A stretch of 64,000 nt of DNA. Source: Maribacter sp. Its GTDB lineage: Bacteria > Bacteroidota > Bacteroidia > Flavobacteriales > Flavobacteriaceae. This document shows positions 39,149 through 49,273 of the stretch, one piece after another. Positions within the stretch are counted from its first letter, which is position 1. Each line of letters begins with the position of its first letter. The notes under the pieces are model-generated. The model worked only from the letters and a program-made list of their open reading frames with translations, made no database searches and was not told the DNA's origin. The stretch covers positions 10,207 to 74,206 of the forward strand of contig DAOVWJ010000001.1 of NCBI GenBank assembly GCA_030636725.1. The letters run 5' to 3'. A program made the position numbers and the translations under genes.

Positions 39149-40057
39149 ATGAAATCAACTTTTAAACTAAGTATCCTCCCGCTAACAGTACTCATTTCCA
39201 TACTAACCTTTTCTTGTACCGCCCAGGAAGACCCCATTGTGGCCGAGGGAGCTCAGGTTACCTTAGTTGCTGCTGACTATGAATTTACAGAAGGGCCAGC
39301 TGTAGATACTAACGGAAATGTGTTTTTCACTGATCAGCCCAATGATAGGATAATCAAATGGTCTGCCGATGATAATACGGTTTCTGTTTATCTGGAACCC
39401 GCTGGTCGGGCCAACGGATTATATTTTGACCATGATGGTAACCTTTTGGCTTGTGCCGATGAAAAATTCCAACTTTGGAAAATCGATTCGAACAAAAATG
39501 TAACCGTTCTAATCGATGATTTTAAAGGCAAAAAACTTAATGGCCCCAATGATCTTTGGGTCGATGCTAAAGGTGGTATTTATTTTACCGATCCTTACTA
39601 CCAACGCCCGTACTGGGAACGTACCCAAGGAGAAATTGAAAAACGGAATGTATATTACCTAACACCGGACATGAAGGATATAATCATGGTGGCCAATGAC
39701 CTTGTACAACCCAATGGAATTATTGGAAGCCCAGATGGTAAAACCTTGTACGTTGCCGATATTGGCGATAAAAAAACCTATTCATTTACAATTAATGAAG
39801 ACGCAAGTCTGACCGATCGTACTCTATTCACGGAAATGGGCTCGGATGGTATGACCTTGGATAACAGAGGTAACCTTTACATTACTGGAAATGGAGTGAC
39901 CGTTTTCAGCAAACAAGGAGAGCAAATACAACATATACCCATCGATCAAAAATGGACGGCTAATGTAACTTTTGGCGGGAAAAATCAAAGCAAGTTATTC
40001 ATCACCGCAATGAATTCTGTATATACCCTTGATATGAATGTCAATGGAGTGCGTTAG
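39149..40057 (+). CDS. SMP-30/gluconolactonase family lipoprotein
   Basis: FTEGPA, LNGPNDL, YFTDP, PNGI, DGMTLD, NVTFGG. Confidence 0.9.
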   Translation: MKSTFKLSILPLTVLISILTFSCTAQEDPIVAEGAQVTLVAADYEFTEGPAVDTNGNVFFTDQPNDRIIKWSADDNTVSVYLEPAGRANGLYFDHDGNLLACADEKFQLWKIDSNKNVTVLIDDFKGKKLNGPNDLWVDAKGGIYFTDPYYQRPYWERTQGEIEKRNVYYLTPDMKDIIMVANDLVQPNGIIGSPDGKTLYVADIGDKKTYSFTINEDASLTDRTLFTEMGSDGMTLDNRGNLYITGNGVTVFSKQGEQIQHIPIDQKWTANVTFGGKNQSKLFITAMNSVYTLDMNVNGVR

Positions 40058-40168
40058 TAAAATTCGGTAGGAACACTTTTAGTCGGTAGCGTTGCCTTTT
40101 TTCGTAACTTAGGATTTGTAAAAAAATAACCTTTACAGATCCTTAACACACAAATCATTTTTGTAGGC

Positions 40169-40642
40169 ATGGCCAAATACAGATTGAATATCAATACTAA
40201 GAAGTTCGATGTTGAAGTAGACAAAGGCACTTCCTTACTTTGGGTTTTGCGTGAGCATCTTGGCTTAACTGGTACTAAATACGGATGCGGTATCGCACAG
40301 TGTGGAACTTGTACTTTACATATCGACGGCAAACCGATGCAAGCCTGTATACTTTCGGTTGAGAATTATGCGAACGGCCAAAAAATAACCACAATTGAAG
40401 GATTATCAGAGGATTGCAGTCATCCGGTGCAAAAAGCCTGGATTGAAGCACAGGCTCCTCAATGTGGATATTGCCAATCTGGACAAATTATGCAGGCGGT
40501 CGCCTTGTTGGAAGAAAATCCAAATCCAACCCGTGAGGAAATCAAATCCCATATGAATAGTGTACTATGCCGTTGCGGGACTTATATGCGAATTTTAGAT
40601 GCTATTGAATTGGCGTCTAAAAACATCACCGAGGGTGTCTAA
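40169..40642 (+). CDS. (2Fe-2S) small subunit, IorA/CoxS-like
   Basis: GTKYGCGIAQCGTCT; QCGYCQSG; LCRCGTY. Confidence 0.93.
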   Translation: MAKYRLNINTKKFDVEVDKGTSLLWVLREHLGLTGTKYGCGIAQCGTCTLHIDGKPMQACILSVENYANGQKITTIEGLSEDCSHPVQKAWIEAQAPQCGYCQSGQIMQAVALLEENPNPTREEIKSHMNSVLCRCGTYMRILDAIELASKNITEGV

Positions 40643-40765
40643 AAAGTACAAGAATTTTAAATTGTCAGGTTGAGTACAGTCGAAATCTATTTATTGTCTT
40701 TCAGAAAGATGAAGTTTTCGACTCCGCTCGAACCGACAGAAAGAGTTATTTTTTTAGACAGCCTC
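40631..40765. mobile_element. 135-bp MITE-like element enclosing a long palindrome
   Basis: TIR gagggtgtctaaaaa / tttttagacagcctc (14/15 match); inner inverted arms at 40663-40685 and 40716-40738. Confidence 0.65.
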
Positions 40766-40781
40766 CTTAAAAGCACTAAAA

Positions 40782-42953
40782 ATGAACGTTGATAAATTAA
40801 TTAGTCGCAGGAAATTCTTAAAATCATCTAGTGGTGCGCTGCTTTTTGTTGGTGCTTCTGGCCTGTTACCTATGGTTGTTTCTTGTAGCAACGAAAAAGA
40901 AATACAAAAACAGCTGAAAAAGCATCAACTCACGGCTTGGGTACAAATTTCTGAAGATGGCCATATAACTATTTATAATCCAGCAGCCGAAATGGGGCAA
41001 GGATCAATGACGGCCTTACCCGTACTATTTGCTGAGGAAATGGATGCCGATTGGTCAAAAGTACAAGTAGAATTTTCCCCACAAGAAACAGAAATATATG
41101 GATCTCCAGGGTGGAATCCTACCACCAAACTAATGTTTACGGTAGGTAGCAGAACTACGAACAGTTATTATAATGTCATGCGAAAAGCGGGGGCACAAGC
41201 CCGGTTTGTTTTGTTATATTCAACAGCTTCATATTGGCAAGTACCCATCAGTGAACTTCAAGTTTCCAATAGTATTGTCATCCATGATAAGACCAATAAA
41301 AAAATTAGCTTTGGAGACTTGGTTCCTTTTCTTGTGATGCCAGAAACTTTGCCCGAATTTACAAACGAGCAATTAAAAATATCGAAAGATTTCAAACTTA
41401 TAGGTACAGATGTTCCCCGAACTGAAATTCCATCTAAGGTCGACGGTAGTGCACAATTTGCAATAGATGTGCGCCTGCCTAGTATGGTTTACGGCGTACT
41501 GGAAAGAGGTAAACTACATGGCTCGCAACCCACCCTACTCAATGAAGCAGAAATACTCGCACACGAAGGAGTTTTGAAAATCGTCAAATTTGACTACGCG
41601 ATTGGATTGATTGCCAAAACGCTGGAACTTGCGTTAGCAACAAAAAAACTTCTGAAGATCGATTGGAGCGACTCACCAGCAACTGGCTATAATTCGCAAG
41701 AAATATATGCTACCTACGAGGCGATGGCAGCAAATGATGATAAGGGCAAAGTCAAAATAGAAATTGGAAATGTTGATCTTGCCAGGCAAACGGCTGACAA
41801 AGTTTATTCGGCAGATTTCAAGAACGACTATGTATACCATGCCCAAATGGAACCACTGAATGCTGTTGTGCAAGTCTCGGCAGATTTAAAAAATGCTGAA
41901 GTATGGGTCGGCAGCCAGCAAGGCCCTGATGCCAAGTTGGGTGTTCCGGACCTCTTGGGGATTCCACCGGAAAACGTGAACGTCCATTTACAATATTTAG
42001 GTGGGGGTTTTGGTCGAAGAAGCATGAATGATTTTGTTGAAGAATGTACGTTATTGGCAAAAGAAATTGCACCATTACCCATAAAGTTGATTTGGACACG
42101 AGAAGATGATGTGACCTATGGAGCATATCGTCCTTTGTCGCTTCAGCGAATAAAAGCAAGTGTCGATAAGCAAGGTACCATTACAGGTTTCGCTCATAGC
42201 GTTGTAGGTGATGGTGGGAATCTGGTTGCGAGTGGAGCAAGAAACGACCATTATGATATTCCCAATCAATTTGTGGAATGGCGTGGGGATTCCCATGGGG
42301 TGAGATTAAAACATTGGCGGGGAGTGGGTCATGGACCCAACAAGTTTGCCATTGAATGCATGCTGGATGAGATTGCCTATGAGCAACAAGTAGACCCTGC
42401 GAATCTTCGAAGAAAACTCATGGCTAAATCATCGAGAGCGCTGGCCACTCTGGAAAAGGTACTGGAATTGTCCCATTGGAATAAGCCCACTACCAAAGGC
42501 CGAGCAAAAGGAATTTCTTTTGTGGAGCATGGTTCTCTGGGTACCGGAATTTGCGAAATATCAGTTGATGTGAATACTGGAAAAATTAGTGTTCATCACT
42601 TCTGGATTGCTTTAGATGCTGGCGTAATTGTACAGCCAGATAATGTAAAAGCACAAATGGAGGGTGGTATTATCATGGGCATGAGCAGCGTGCTCAATGA
42701 ACAAATCACCGTCGTCAACGGAGTGATTCAGCAAACCAACTATCATGATTATCCTTTACTCCGAATGCAAGACATTCCTGATAGCATTGAAACAACCTTG
42801 ATCTCATCAAGTGAAGTGCCTCAGGGTGTAGGCGAAACAGCTACGCCTATGGTCGCTGGTGCTATTGCCAATGCCTTTTTCAGCCTAACAGGTAAGCGAT
42901 TACGGCATTTGCCATTTACCCCAGATCGAGTATTGGAGGTTTTGAATAGCTAG
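40782..42953 (+). CDS. Molybdopterin-binding large subunit, IorB/xanthine dehydrogenase family, Tat signal
   Basis: SRRKFLK; AEMGQG; HAQMEP; LGGGFGRR; WTREDD; GVGET. Confidence 0.9.
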   Translation: MNVDKLISRRKFLKSSSGALLFVGASGLLPMVVSCSNEKEIQKQLKKHQLTAWVQISEDGHITIYNPAAEMGQGSMTALPVLFAEEMDADWSKVQVEFSPQETEIYGSPGWNPTTKLMFTVGSRTTNSYYNVMRKAGAQARFVLLYSTASYWQVPISELQVSNSIVIHDKTNKKISFGDLVPFLVMPETLPEFTNEQLKISKDFKLIGTDVPRTEIPSKVDGSAQFAIDVRLPSMVYGVLERGKLHGSQPTLLNEAEILAHEGVLKIVKFDYAIGLIAKTLELALATKKLLKIDWSDSPATGYNSQEIYATYEAMAANDDKGKVKIEIGNVDLARQTADKVYSADFKNDYVYHAQMEPLNAVVQVSADLKNAEVWVGSQQGPDAKLGVPDLLGIPPENVNVHLQYLGGGFGRRSMNDFVEECTLLAKEIAPLPIKLIWTREDDVTYGAYRPLSLQRIKASVDKQGTITGFAHSVVGDGGNLVASGARNDHYDIPNQFVEWRGDSHGVRLKHWRGVGHGPNKFAIECMLDEIAYEQQVDPANLRRKLMAKSSRALATLEKVLELSHWNKPTTKGRAKGISFVEHGSLGTGICEISVDVNTGKISVHHFWIALDAGVIVQPDNVKAQMEGGIIMGMSSVLNEQITVVNGVIQQTNYHDYPLLRMQDIPDSIETTLISSSEVPQGVGETATPMVAGAIANAFFSLTGKRLRHLPFTPDRVLEVLNS

Positions 42954-42992
42954 GCCAATAGGCACTGATTCCATATTTTTTAGTTTTTTTAA

Positions 42993-43370
42993 ATGAATCT
43001 TGAACAAAACAAACAAAGTGCAATTGCATTCTACAAAATGGCTTATGAGGGCAATCCCAGAAAGGCTATGGAATTATATGTTGGGGCAATGTATATTCAA
43101 CATAACCCCTTGGTTGGTGATGGTAAAGAACCTTTTATTTCCTATTTCAACCGTATGGCCCATGAATATCCTGACAAATCCATTGAATTTGTTCGCGCCA
43201 TTGCCGAAAAAGATCTCGTTGCCCTTCACACCCATCAAACTTGGCCCGGGAATGAGGAATATGTGACCATGGACTTTTTTAGATTTGATAAAAATGGAAA
43301 AATTGTGGAACATTGGGATGCTATGCAAGAAATCCCGAAAAATTCCATAAATGCCAATACGATGTATTAA
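42993..43370 (+). CDS. SnoaL/NTF2-like protein
   Basis: YIQHNP; DFFRFD..GKIVEHWD. Confidence 0.85.
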   Translation: MNLEQNKQSAIAFYKMAYEGNPRKAMELYVGAMYIQHNPLVGDGKEPFISYFNRMAHEYPDKSIEFVRAIAEKDLVALHTHQTWPGNEEYVTMDFFRFDKNGKIVEHWDAMQEIPKNSINANTMY

Positions 43371-43424
43371 GTACAGGTCGTCCTAGGGTTTAAGAAATAA
43401 AATCAACAGATTAAAGAAGGTACC

Positions 43425-44156
43425 TTGAAAAAGTTTCTAATGCTCCAAATGCGGCCGGAAGACGAGACAACCCAAAGTGAATTTGAGGCTTTTTTGGGTG
43501 TTGGACAATTATTGCCAGAACAGGTGCATCGTATTCGTCTTGAAAAAGAACCCATCCCAGAAATTGACATCCATGACTATTCGGCAATCATTGCAGGAGG
43601 TAGTCCGTTTGATGTAAGCACTTCCGAAGAAAAAAAGAGTCCAACACAAAAAAGGATAGAGCGTTTTTTTAGTAGACTATTCGACCAATTGATTCCTGAG
43701 GATTTCCCTTTCTTAGGAGCCTGTTCAGGCAATGGACATTTGGGAAAATACTGTGGGGCCATCATTTCAAATACTTATGCCGAAACGCTTGGAATTGTTC
43801 CCGTTACCCTAACGAATGCGGGAATGGAAGATCCATTGCTTAAAAACCTGCCCTTGACCTTTTCTGCATTTGTAGGTCACAAAGAAGCCTGCGACCATAC
43901 ACCACCGGGAGCCGCACTTTTGATTACTTCCAAGCTGTGTCCCGTTCAAATGTTCCGGGTTAAAAAAAACATTTATGCTACTCAATTTCATCCAGAAGCC
44001 GATGCCGATGAATTTATTTTGCGAATCAATACCTATAAGTATTCCGGATATTTTCCTCCAGAGCAAGCGGAAGAGTTGATAGATTCGATTAAGGATACGA
44101 AAGCTCCCATTCCCCAAGAGATTCTTAGGAGATTTGTACAACGGTACAAATCCTAA
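43425..44156 (+). CDS. Class I glutamine amidotransferase-like protein
   Basis: GGSP, GAC nucleophile, QFHPE triad. Confidence 0.85.
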   Translation: MKKFLMLQMRPEDETTQSEFEAFLGVGQLLPEQVHRIRLEKEPIPEIDIHDYSAIIAGGSPFDVSTSEEKKSPTQKRIERFFSRLFDQLIPEDFPFLGACSGNGHLGKYCGAIISNTYAETLGIVPVTLTNAGMEDPLLKNLPLTFSAFVGHKEACDHTPPGAALLITSKLCPVQMFRVKKNIYATQFHPEADADEFILRINTYKYSGYFPPEQAEELIDSIKDTKAPIPQEILRRFVQRYKS

Positions 44157-44483
44157 AGGGAAATACATTGAACAAAAATTTAAAGCTAAAGACAATCAAT
44201 AGTTGTTTTTAGTTTCAAGACCTTTATTTAGATAAAAATCAACTGGCTCCTTCGATAAGGGTAGTGCTTTTTTTTCATGATTTTAAATATTATAATTTAT
44301 TGGAACTAATAAAGGTAGCCAATGGTCCCGTGCCAAAAGCTACCTTTAGGTTTAGTTCAACAATGTGTCCTATGAAAGGCCCTAGTCCTGTCCCCATAGA
44401 ATTACGGTAAGACTAGATCATCCAAAACTATTTTGAAACGTATTCTCAAAATTTGTTAACTTCCATTTTTATACCAAATTCAA

Positions 44484-46118
44484 ATGAAAGGTTTATATTC
44501 AATTTTATGCTTTGCACTTTCATTGAGTGTAACCGCCCAGTATTCCAAACAGAACACTGCTGACGTTATTATTTATGGTGGAACAGCAGCTGCCGTTACT
44601 ACGGCAGTACAGGTTGCCAAAATGGGCAAATCGGTCCTAATCGTTTCTCCAGACAAACACCTTGGAGGTCTTTCATCCTCCGGACTGGGCTTTACCGACA
44701 CCGGTAACAAAAGTGTCATTGGAGGCCTTGCCCGAGAATTTTACCATCGTATTTACAACTATTATCAGCAACCTGGGACCTGGGTACATCAAAAAAGGGA
44801 AGCCTATGGGAATGTGGGGCAGGGAACTCCCGCCATAGATGGCACCAATAAGACCATGTGGATATTTGAACCCCATATTGCGGAAAAGGTCTTTGAGGAT
44901 TTTATTCGGGAATATAAGATAAAGGTTATCCGCAATGAATGGCTAGATCGTGAGAAGGGCGTAAAAATGGAGAAGGGTGCCATTACATCAATTACGACTT
45001 TAAGTGGACAAACCTATACCGGGTCCATTTTTGTTGATGCCACCTACGAAGGAGATCTTATGGCGGCTGCCGAGGTGAGCTATCACGTGGGCAGGGAAGC
45101 CAGTGCTACCTATAATGAGCAATGGAACGGGGTTCAAGTGGGCGTATTACACCATGGACATCATTTTGCTGATCGAAAAATTAGCCCATATATTGACCCC
45201 AATGACCCAAAAAGTGGTGTATTGCCACGTATATCAGTCGAAGATCCCGGTACAAAGGGTAAGGGTGATAATAAGGTACAAGCCTATTGTTTTAGGATGT
45301 GCCTTACTAAGAATGAAAATAATCGGATTCCGTTTGAAAAGCCCAAAGATTATAATCCTGCACAATACGAACTTCTCGTTCGCATATTTGATTCTGGTTG
45401 GCGAGAGACTTTTCAAAAATTCGACCCTATCCCTAATTTAAAGACAGATGTAAACAATCATGGCCCTTTCAGTAGTGATAATATAGGCATGAACTATGAC
45501 TACCCCGAAGCATCCTACGAACGTAGACAGGAAATCATAAATGAACACAAAAACTATCAAAAGGGGCTTCTGTATTTTATGGCCACGGATTCAAGGATTC
45601 CCAAAGAGGTACAGGCAGAAATAAGCCAGTGGGGATTGGCAAAAGATGAGTTTACCGATAATGGACATTGGCCCCATCAGATTTATGTACGAGAGGCCCG
45701 GCGAATGATAGGAGCATTCGTGATGACGGAAAATGAGATCCAGGGCAAGAACCCCATTGAAAAATCAATCGGAATGGGATCCTATACAATGGACTCCCAC
45801 AATATTCAACGCTATATAACACCGGATGGGTTTGTTCAAAATGAAGGGGATATTGGTGTTCATCCCAAAGAACCTTACAAAATAGCCTTAGGCACCATTA
45901 TGCCCAAAAAAGAGGAATGTAAAAATCTGCTTGTGCCCGTTGCCGTTTCAAGCTCCCATATTGCCTTTGGTTCTATCCGAATGGAGCCGGTGTTCATGAT
46001 ATTGGGACAAAGTGCAGGTATTTTAGCGGGCATGGCCTTAGAAGATACTACCGGAATTCATGAGATTTCCTATGAACAACTAAAAAAGCAACTGGTAAAA
46101 TACGGGCAAGTGCATTAA
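44484..46118 (+). CDS. Secreted FAD-dependent oxidoreductase
   Basis: DVIIYGGTAA; DATYEGDL; YVREARRM; SIRMEPVFM. Confidence 0.85.
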   Translation: MKGLYSILCFALSLSVTAQYSKQNTADVIIYGGTAAAVTTAVQVAKMGKSVLIVSPDKHLGGLSSSGLGFTDTGNKSVIGGLAREFYHRIYNYYQQPGTWVHQKREAYGNVGQGTPAIDGTNKTMWIFEPHIAEKVFEDFIREYKIKVIRNEWLDREKGVKMEKGAITSITTLSGQTYTGSIFVDATYEGDLMAAAEVSYHVGREASATYNEQWNGVQVGVLHHGHHFADRKISPYIDPNDPKSGVLPRISVEDPGTKGKGDNKVQAYCFRMCLTKNENNRIPFEKPKDYNPAQYELLVRIFDSGWRETFQKFDPIPNLKTDVNNHGPFSSDNIGMNYDYPEASYERRQEIINEHKNYQKGLLYFMATDSRIPKEVQAEISQWGLAKDEFTDNGHWPHQIYVREARRMIGAFVMTENEIQGKNPIEKSIGMGSYTMDSHNIQRYITPDGFVQNEGDIGVHPKEPYKIALGTIMPKKEECKNLLVPVAVSSSHIAFGSIRMEPVFMILGQSAGILAGMALEDTTGIHEISYEQLKKQLVKYGQVH

Positions 46119-46213
46119 AATTTCTCCTTAGGCACTTGGAAAGTCAGAAGGTTCAATCTGCGCAAGGTTAACATCAGCCAAAAATAGCGCGTACTAAAAC
46201 GATTTGTTTTCTT

Positions 46214-46792
46214 CTATAAAGGTCTAATATTTACGTTTCTAAACCGTATTTCACCCGATTCTGCAGCCTGAAGGGCTATGAATCCTTTGATAAGTTCCTC
46301 ATTTACCAAATCAATGGTCAAAATCCCATTCACCCATGCTTGCAGGTGATCTTCTTCTAAACTGATTGTATAGGTATTCCATTTATGTAAGGTTTCAACG
46401 TGGGCCATCGGGGTCGTTCGTGAAACAACAGCACCCGTCCTATTGTCCTGATTAGGATGTAAATCCCAAATATTGATTTCATAACAATCTGTAAATGACA
46501 ATTCCTTGTTTTTACACCGAATAAAAACTCCTGAATTAACCGTACTGTCTGGTTTAAATTCCAGTTCGAGCACAAAATCGGTATACTCTTTTTCCGTCAT
46601 TACAAATCCAGCCCCATCTTTGACGGTGCCAACCAATTCACCATTCTCAAATTGCCAAGTGGCATCCCCGTCAGTAAACCAATTGCTCCCATTTTCTTCA
46701 AATAAGACTTCTTGAGGTGCATTGCATTTTGTAAGGAGAACAATGGCAACAAAGGTCATTAAAATAGCGCTAAAAAATTGTTTTTTTTTCAT
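46214..46792 (-). CDS. DUF1080 (3-keto-disaccharide hydrolase-like) lipoprotein
   Basis: DFVLELEFK, NSGVFIR, YEINI, WNTYTI, GFIALQ, FRNVNIRPL. Confidence 0.85.
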   Translation of the reverse strand: MKKKQFFSAILMTFVAIVLLTKCNAPQEVLFEENGSNWFTDGDATWQFENGELVGTVKDGAGFVMTEKEYTDFVLELEFKPDSTVNSGVFIRCKNKELSFTDCYEINIWDLHPNQDNRTGAVVSRTTPMAHVETLHKWNTYTISLEEDHLQAWVNGILTIDLVNEELIKGFIALQAAESGEIRFRNVNIRPL

Positions 46793-46847
46793 ATAATTCA
46801 GTTTTAAATTCATATAAAGTTACCCGATAAACAGAGATCAGAAAGGT

Positions 46848-49049
46848 CTACTTCACCAAATCAAACATTCGGGTATACTTGACGATAAAGCTATTATTCA
46901 ATGGGCTTCCATCCTGAAGGTTATGGCTATACACTACAAATAGGCCTGTATTGGCACGTTGCAACCAACCAAACCTAAGATTAACAGCCCAAAGATTGTC
47001 GACAGTATTGTTTTGCACCAAGCCTTGGATATAGACATTCGGTTTAAATGAATATGATAATTGGCTTATAAACACATTGGCCGTAAAATCACCTACTGGT
47101 AAATTAAACCTATTGTACATATAAGTAAAGGCAGTATTGAACCTATCCCCTTGCCGAAACCGCAGTGTACCACTGTTCAAATATCGGCTTCCTCCAAATG
47201 CCCCCCCTGCAACCGAACGAAGATTAAACGAAATTGGCTTGCTCATATTGGTCGTAAAAACCAATTGTCCCTCGGCATGCTTATAAACGCCAGATGGCAC
47301 GAATATGTCTTCCGAAATTTCAAAAGGGTCTACCACACCTTCGGTGGTGAAATTGATCCCTGTATGGATTTCCAGTCCACTTTTCCATTCCCAGTGATTA
47401 TCCACATGTAAAAAGCCGGTTTCCTGGAATCCGTCAAAATTCCAATACCCTCTGTATGAAATATGCGGTCTATGTTCCAAGATTTTGGCATCTTTATTTT
47501 TAGGTCTTAAATGATACAAAATCCTTCCTTCGGGTTTTTTGAAGGATGATCTTAGTAAGAAACCAACCTCGGGGTTAAAGCCTTCACCTACTTCGGTATA
47601 TGCTCCCATTATTTCCCAATTATTCCATAGATAAGCTGTCTGGAATTTAAGGGCGTGTTCATTTTTCGCATCAACTGTCCCTGCAGATTTAGCAAAAAAA
47701 CCAGACATTCTAGCCTTTCGGCCCAAGCCCAGTTTTCCGTCGACAGCAATGGTCCTATTAAAATCATCACTAGTCTCAAGTCCTTCACGATTAATCAAGA
47801 CGGCTCCAAGTGCGGTCCTCCCTTTAAATTCATGGTTTACCCGAGCCACCGTAAAATTGTTCTTTTCAATGTTGGCATCGGCAACGTCTTCGGTGAACAT
47901 GGACAATAGCCCTATATTGGTTCGGTTAACTTTTCCCGAGACACGAGCCCCACCGATTATAGGCACTACATTACCCTCTTCACCAATGCCTATCCTTCTA
48001 CTAAAAAAGAGATCGACCTCTCCAGGACTTCCGACACTAAATAATCCGGCATTTTCTAAGAAAAAGGGTCTTTTTTCAGGAAAAAAAAGGTTAAAACGAT
48101 CCAAGTTTACTTGCTGTTGATCTACCTCAACTTGGGCAAAATCAGTGTTATAAGTAAGATCCAATGTTAAACTTGGAGTAATACTATACTTAACGTCTCC
48201 CCCAACTTCCGAATCAAATCTAACATCGGAATCCACTGCTTCAAAATCTTTTGAAAGTTGTCCTAAGACATATGGAATTACCTTTAAGTTGCCTGGTGTT
48301 CTAAGATCGAGCCCTGTCAGTGTTCCTGCCAATGAAAGACGCTTCAATAAGAAGCCCACCGGCAATTCTGCCCAATAATCAATTTCATTGTTTTTACGAA
48401 TGTTTCTGCGGAAATTTATTCCCCAATCCTTACCGGCTTGAAAACGTATTGTACGTAATGGTATGGCAAATTCAGCACTCCAGCCAAAATCTCCTACTTG
48501 GGTCTTCACTTCCCAGGAGCCATCCCAATTTATATTGAAACCACCAATAGTACCTCCTTGTTGACGATTGGCATTGAAATTACCCTGACCTTCGTTATCC
48601 ACTTGAGCATCGAACTCGACCCCTATGGAATTGGTTCCAAAAACAAAGCCATTTTGATTGTCCTTATATGTATCCAATATAAAAATAAAGGCATCGGTAT
48701 TTTTCAAATCGGCATCCCTTCGAGCATCTGAAACCACCAATTTGTCAGGTTGCGAATCATAGCACACAACCGATACATAAAAAGTAGAAGCCGTATAGGC
48801 AATACGTATATCAGTTCGCTCACTTGCAGGTTGCCCAAAGTTAGGCTGTATTTGACTTAAATTGCCAAAAGGCTTTATTTGTTGCCAAACCGCATCATTC
48901 AGCACATCGCCATCCAACAATGGCTCTTCTGTGATGGAAATGGCGGTTGCTGTTGGTCTTTCTTTAAGGTTGGTTGTAGTATCCTGTGCGGTTGTTAGAA
49001 AGGGAAGGAGAAAAGTACTGCTCAGTACTATTAATTCTGATAATTTCAT
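46848..49049 (-). CDS. CBM9-like/DUF5916 outer-membrane protein
   Basis: WSAEFAIP; NTDFAQVEVD..NLDRFNLFFPEKRPFFLE; FFSRRIG. Confidence 0.8.
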   Translation of the reverse strand: MKLSELIVLSSTFLLPFLTTAQDTTTNLKERPTATAISITEEPLLDGDVLNDAVWQQIKPFGNLSQIQPNFGQPASERTDIRIAYTASTFYVSVVCYDSQPDKLVVSDARRDADLKNTDAFIFILDTYKDNQNGFVFGTNSIGVEFDAQVDNEGQGNFNANRQQGGTIGGFNINWDGSWEVKTQVGDFGWSAEFAIPLRTIRFQAGKDWGINFRRNIRKNNEIDYWAELPVGFLLKRLSLAGTLTGLDLRTPGNLKVIPYVLGQLSKDFEAVDSDVRFDSEVGGDVKYSITPSLTLDLTYNTDFAQVEVDQQQVNLDRFNLFFPEKRPFFLENAGLFSVGSPGEVDLFFSRRIGIGEEGNVVPIIGGARVSGKVNRTNIGLLSMFTEDVADANIEKNNFTVARVNHEFKGRTALGAVLINREGLETSDDFNRTIAVDGKLGLGRKARMSGFFAKSAGTVDAKNEHALKFQTAYLWNNWEIMGAYTEVGEGFNPEVGFLLRSSFKKPEGRILYHLRPKNKDAKILEHRPHISYRGYWNFDGFQETGFLHVDNHWEWKSGLEIHTGINFTTEGVVDPFEISEDIFVPSGVYKHAEGQLVFTTNMSKPISFNLRSVAGGAFGGSRYLNSGTLRFRQGDRFNTAFTYMYNRFNLPVGDFTANVFISQLSYSFKPNVYIQGLVQNNTVDNLWAVNLRFGWLQRANTGLFVVYSHNLQDGSPLNNSFIVKYTRMFDLVK

Positions 49050-49273
49050 TTTGGTAGAGCTGGTAAAAAATATATTTATCTAAGACAAGGTAAGTTAAAG
49101 ATTTCTGCATTAAAAAAATAAAATCAAGAGAAGAAATTATAGTTATTCTTTTAGGCGAGTTACGTGTTATTCCTGAAAAACATTATATTCGGGAAGATTA
49201 ATATTTTTCAAAATATTGATTGAGGGTTTAGAGCACTCAACACCAAATTAAGCTAATCAAAAACCAACCACTG

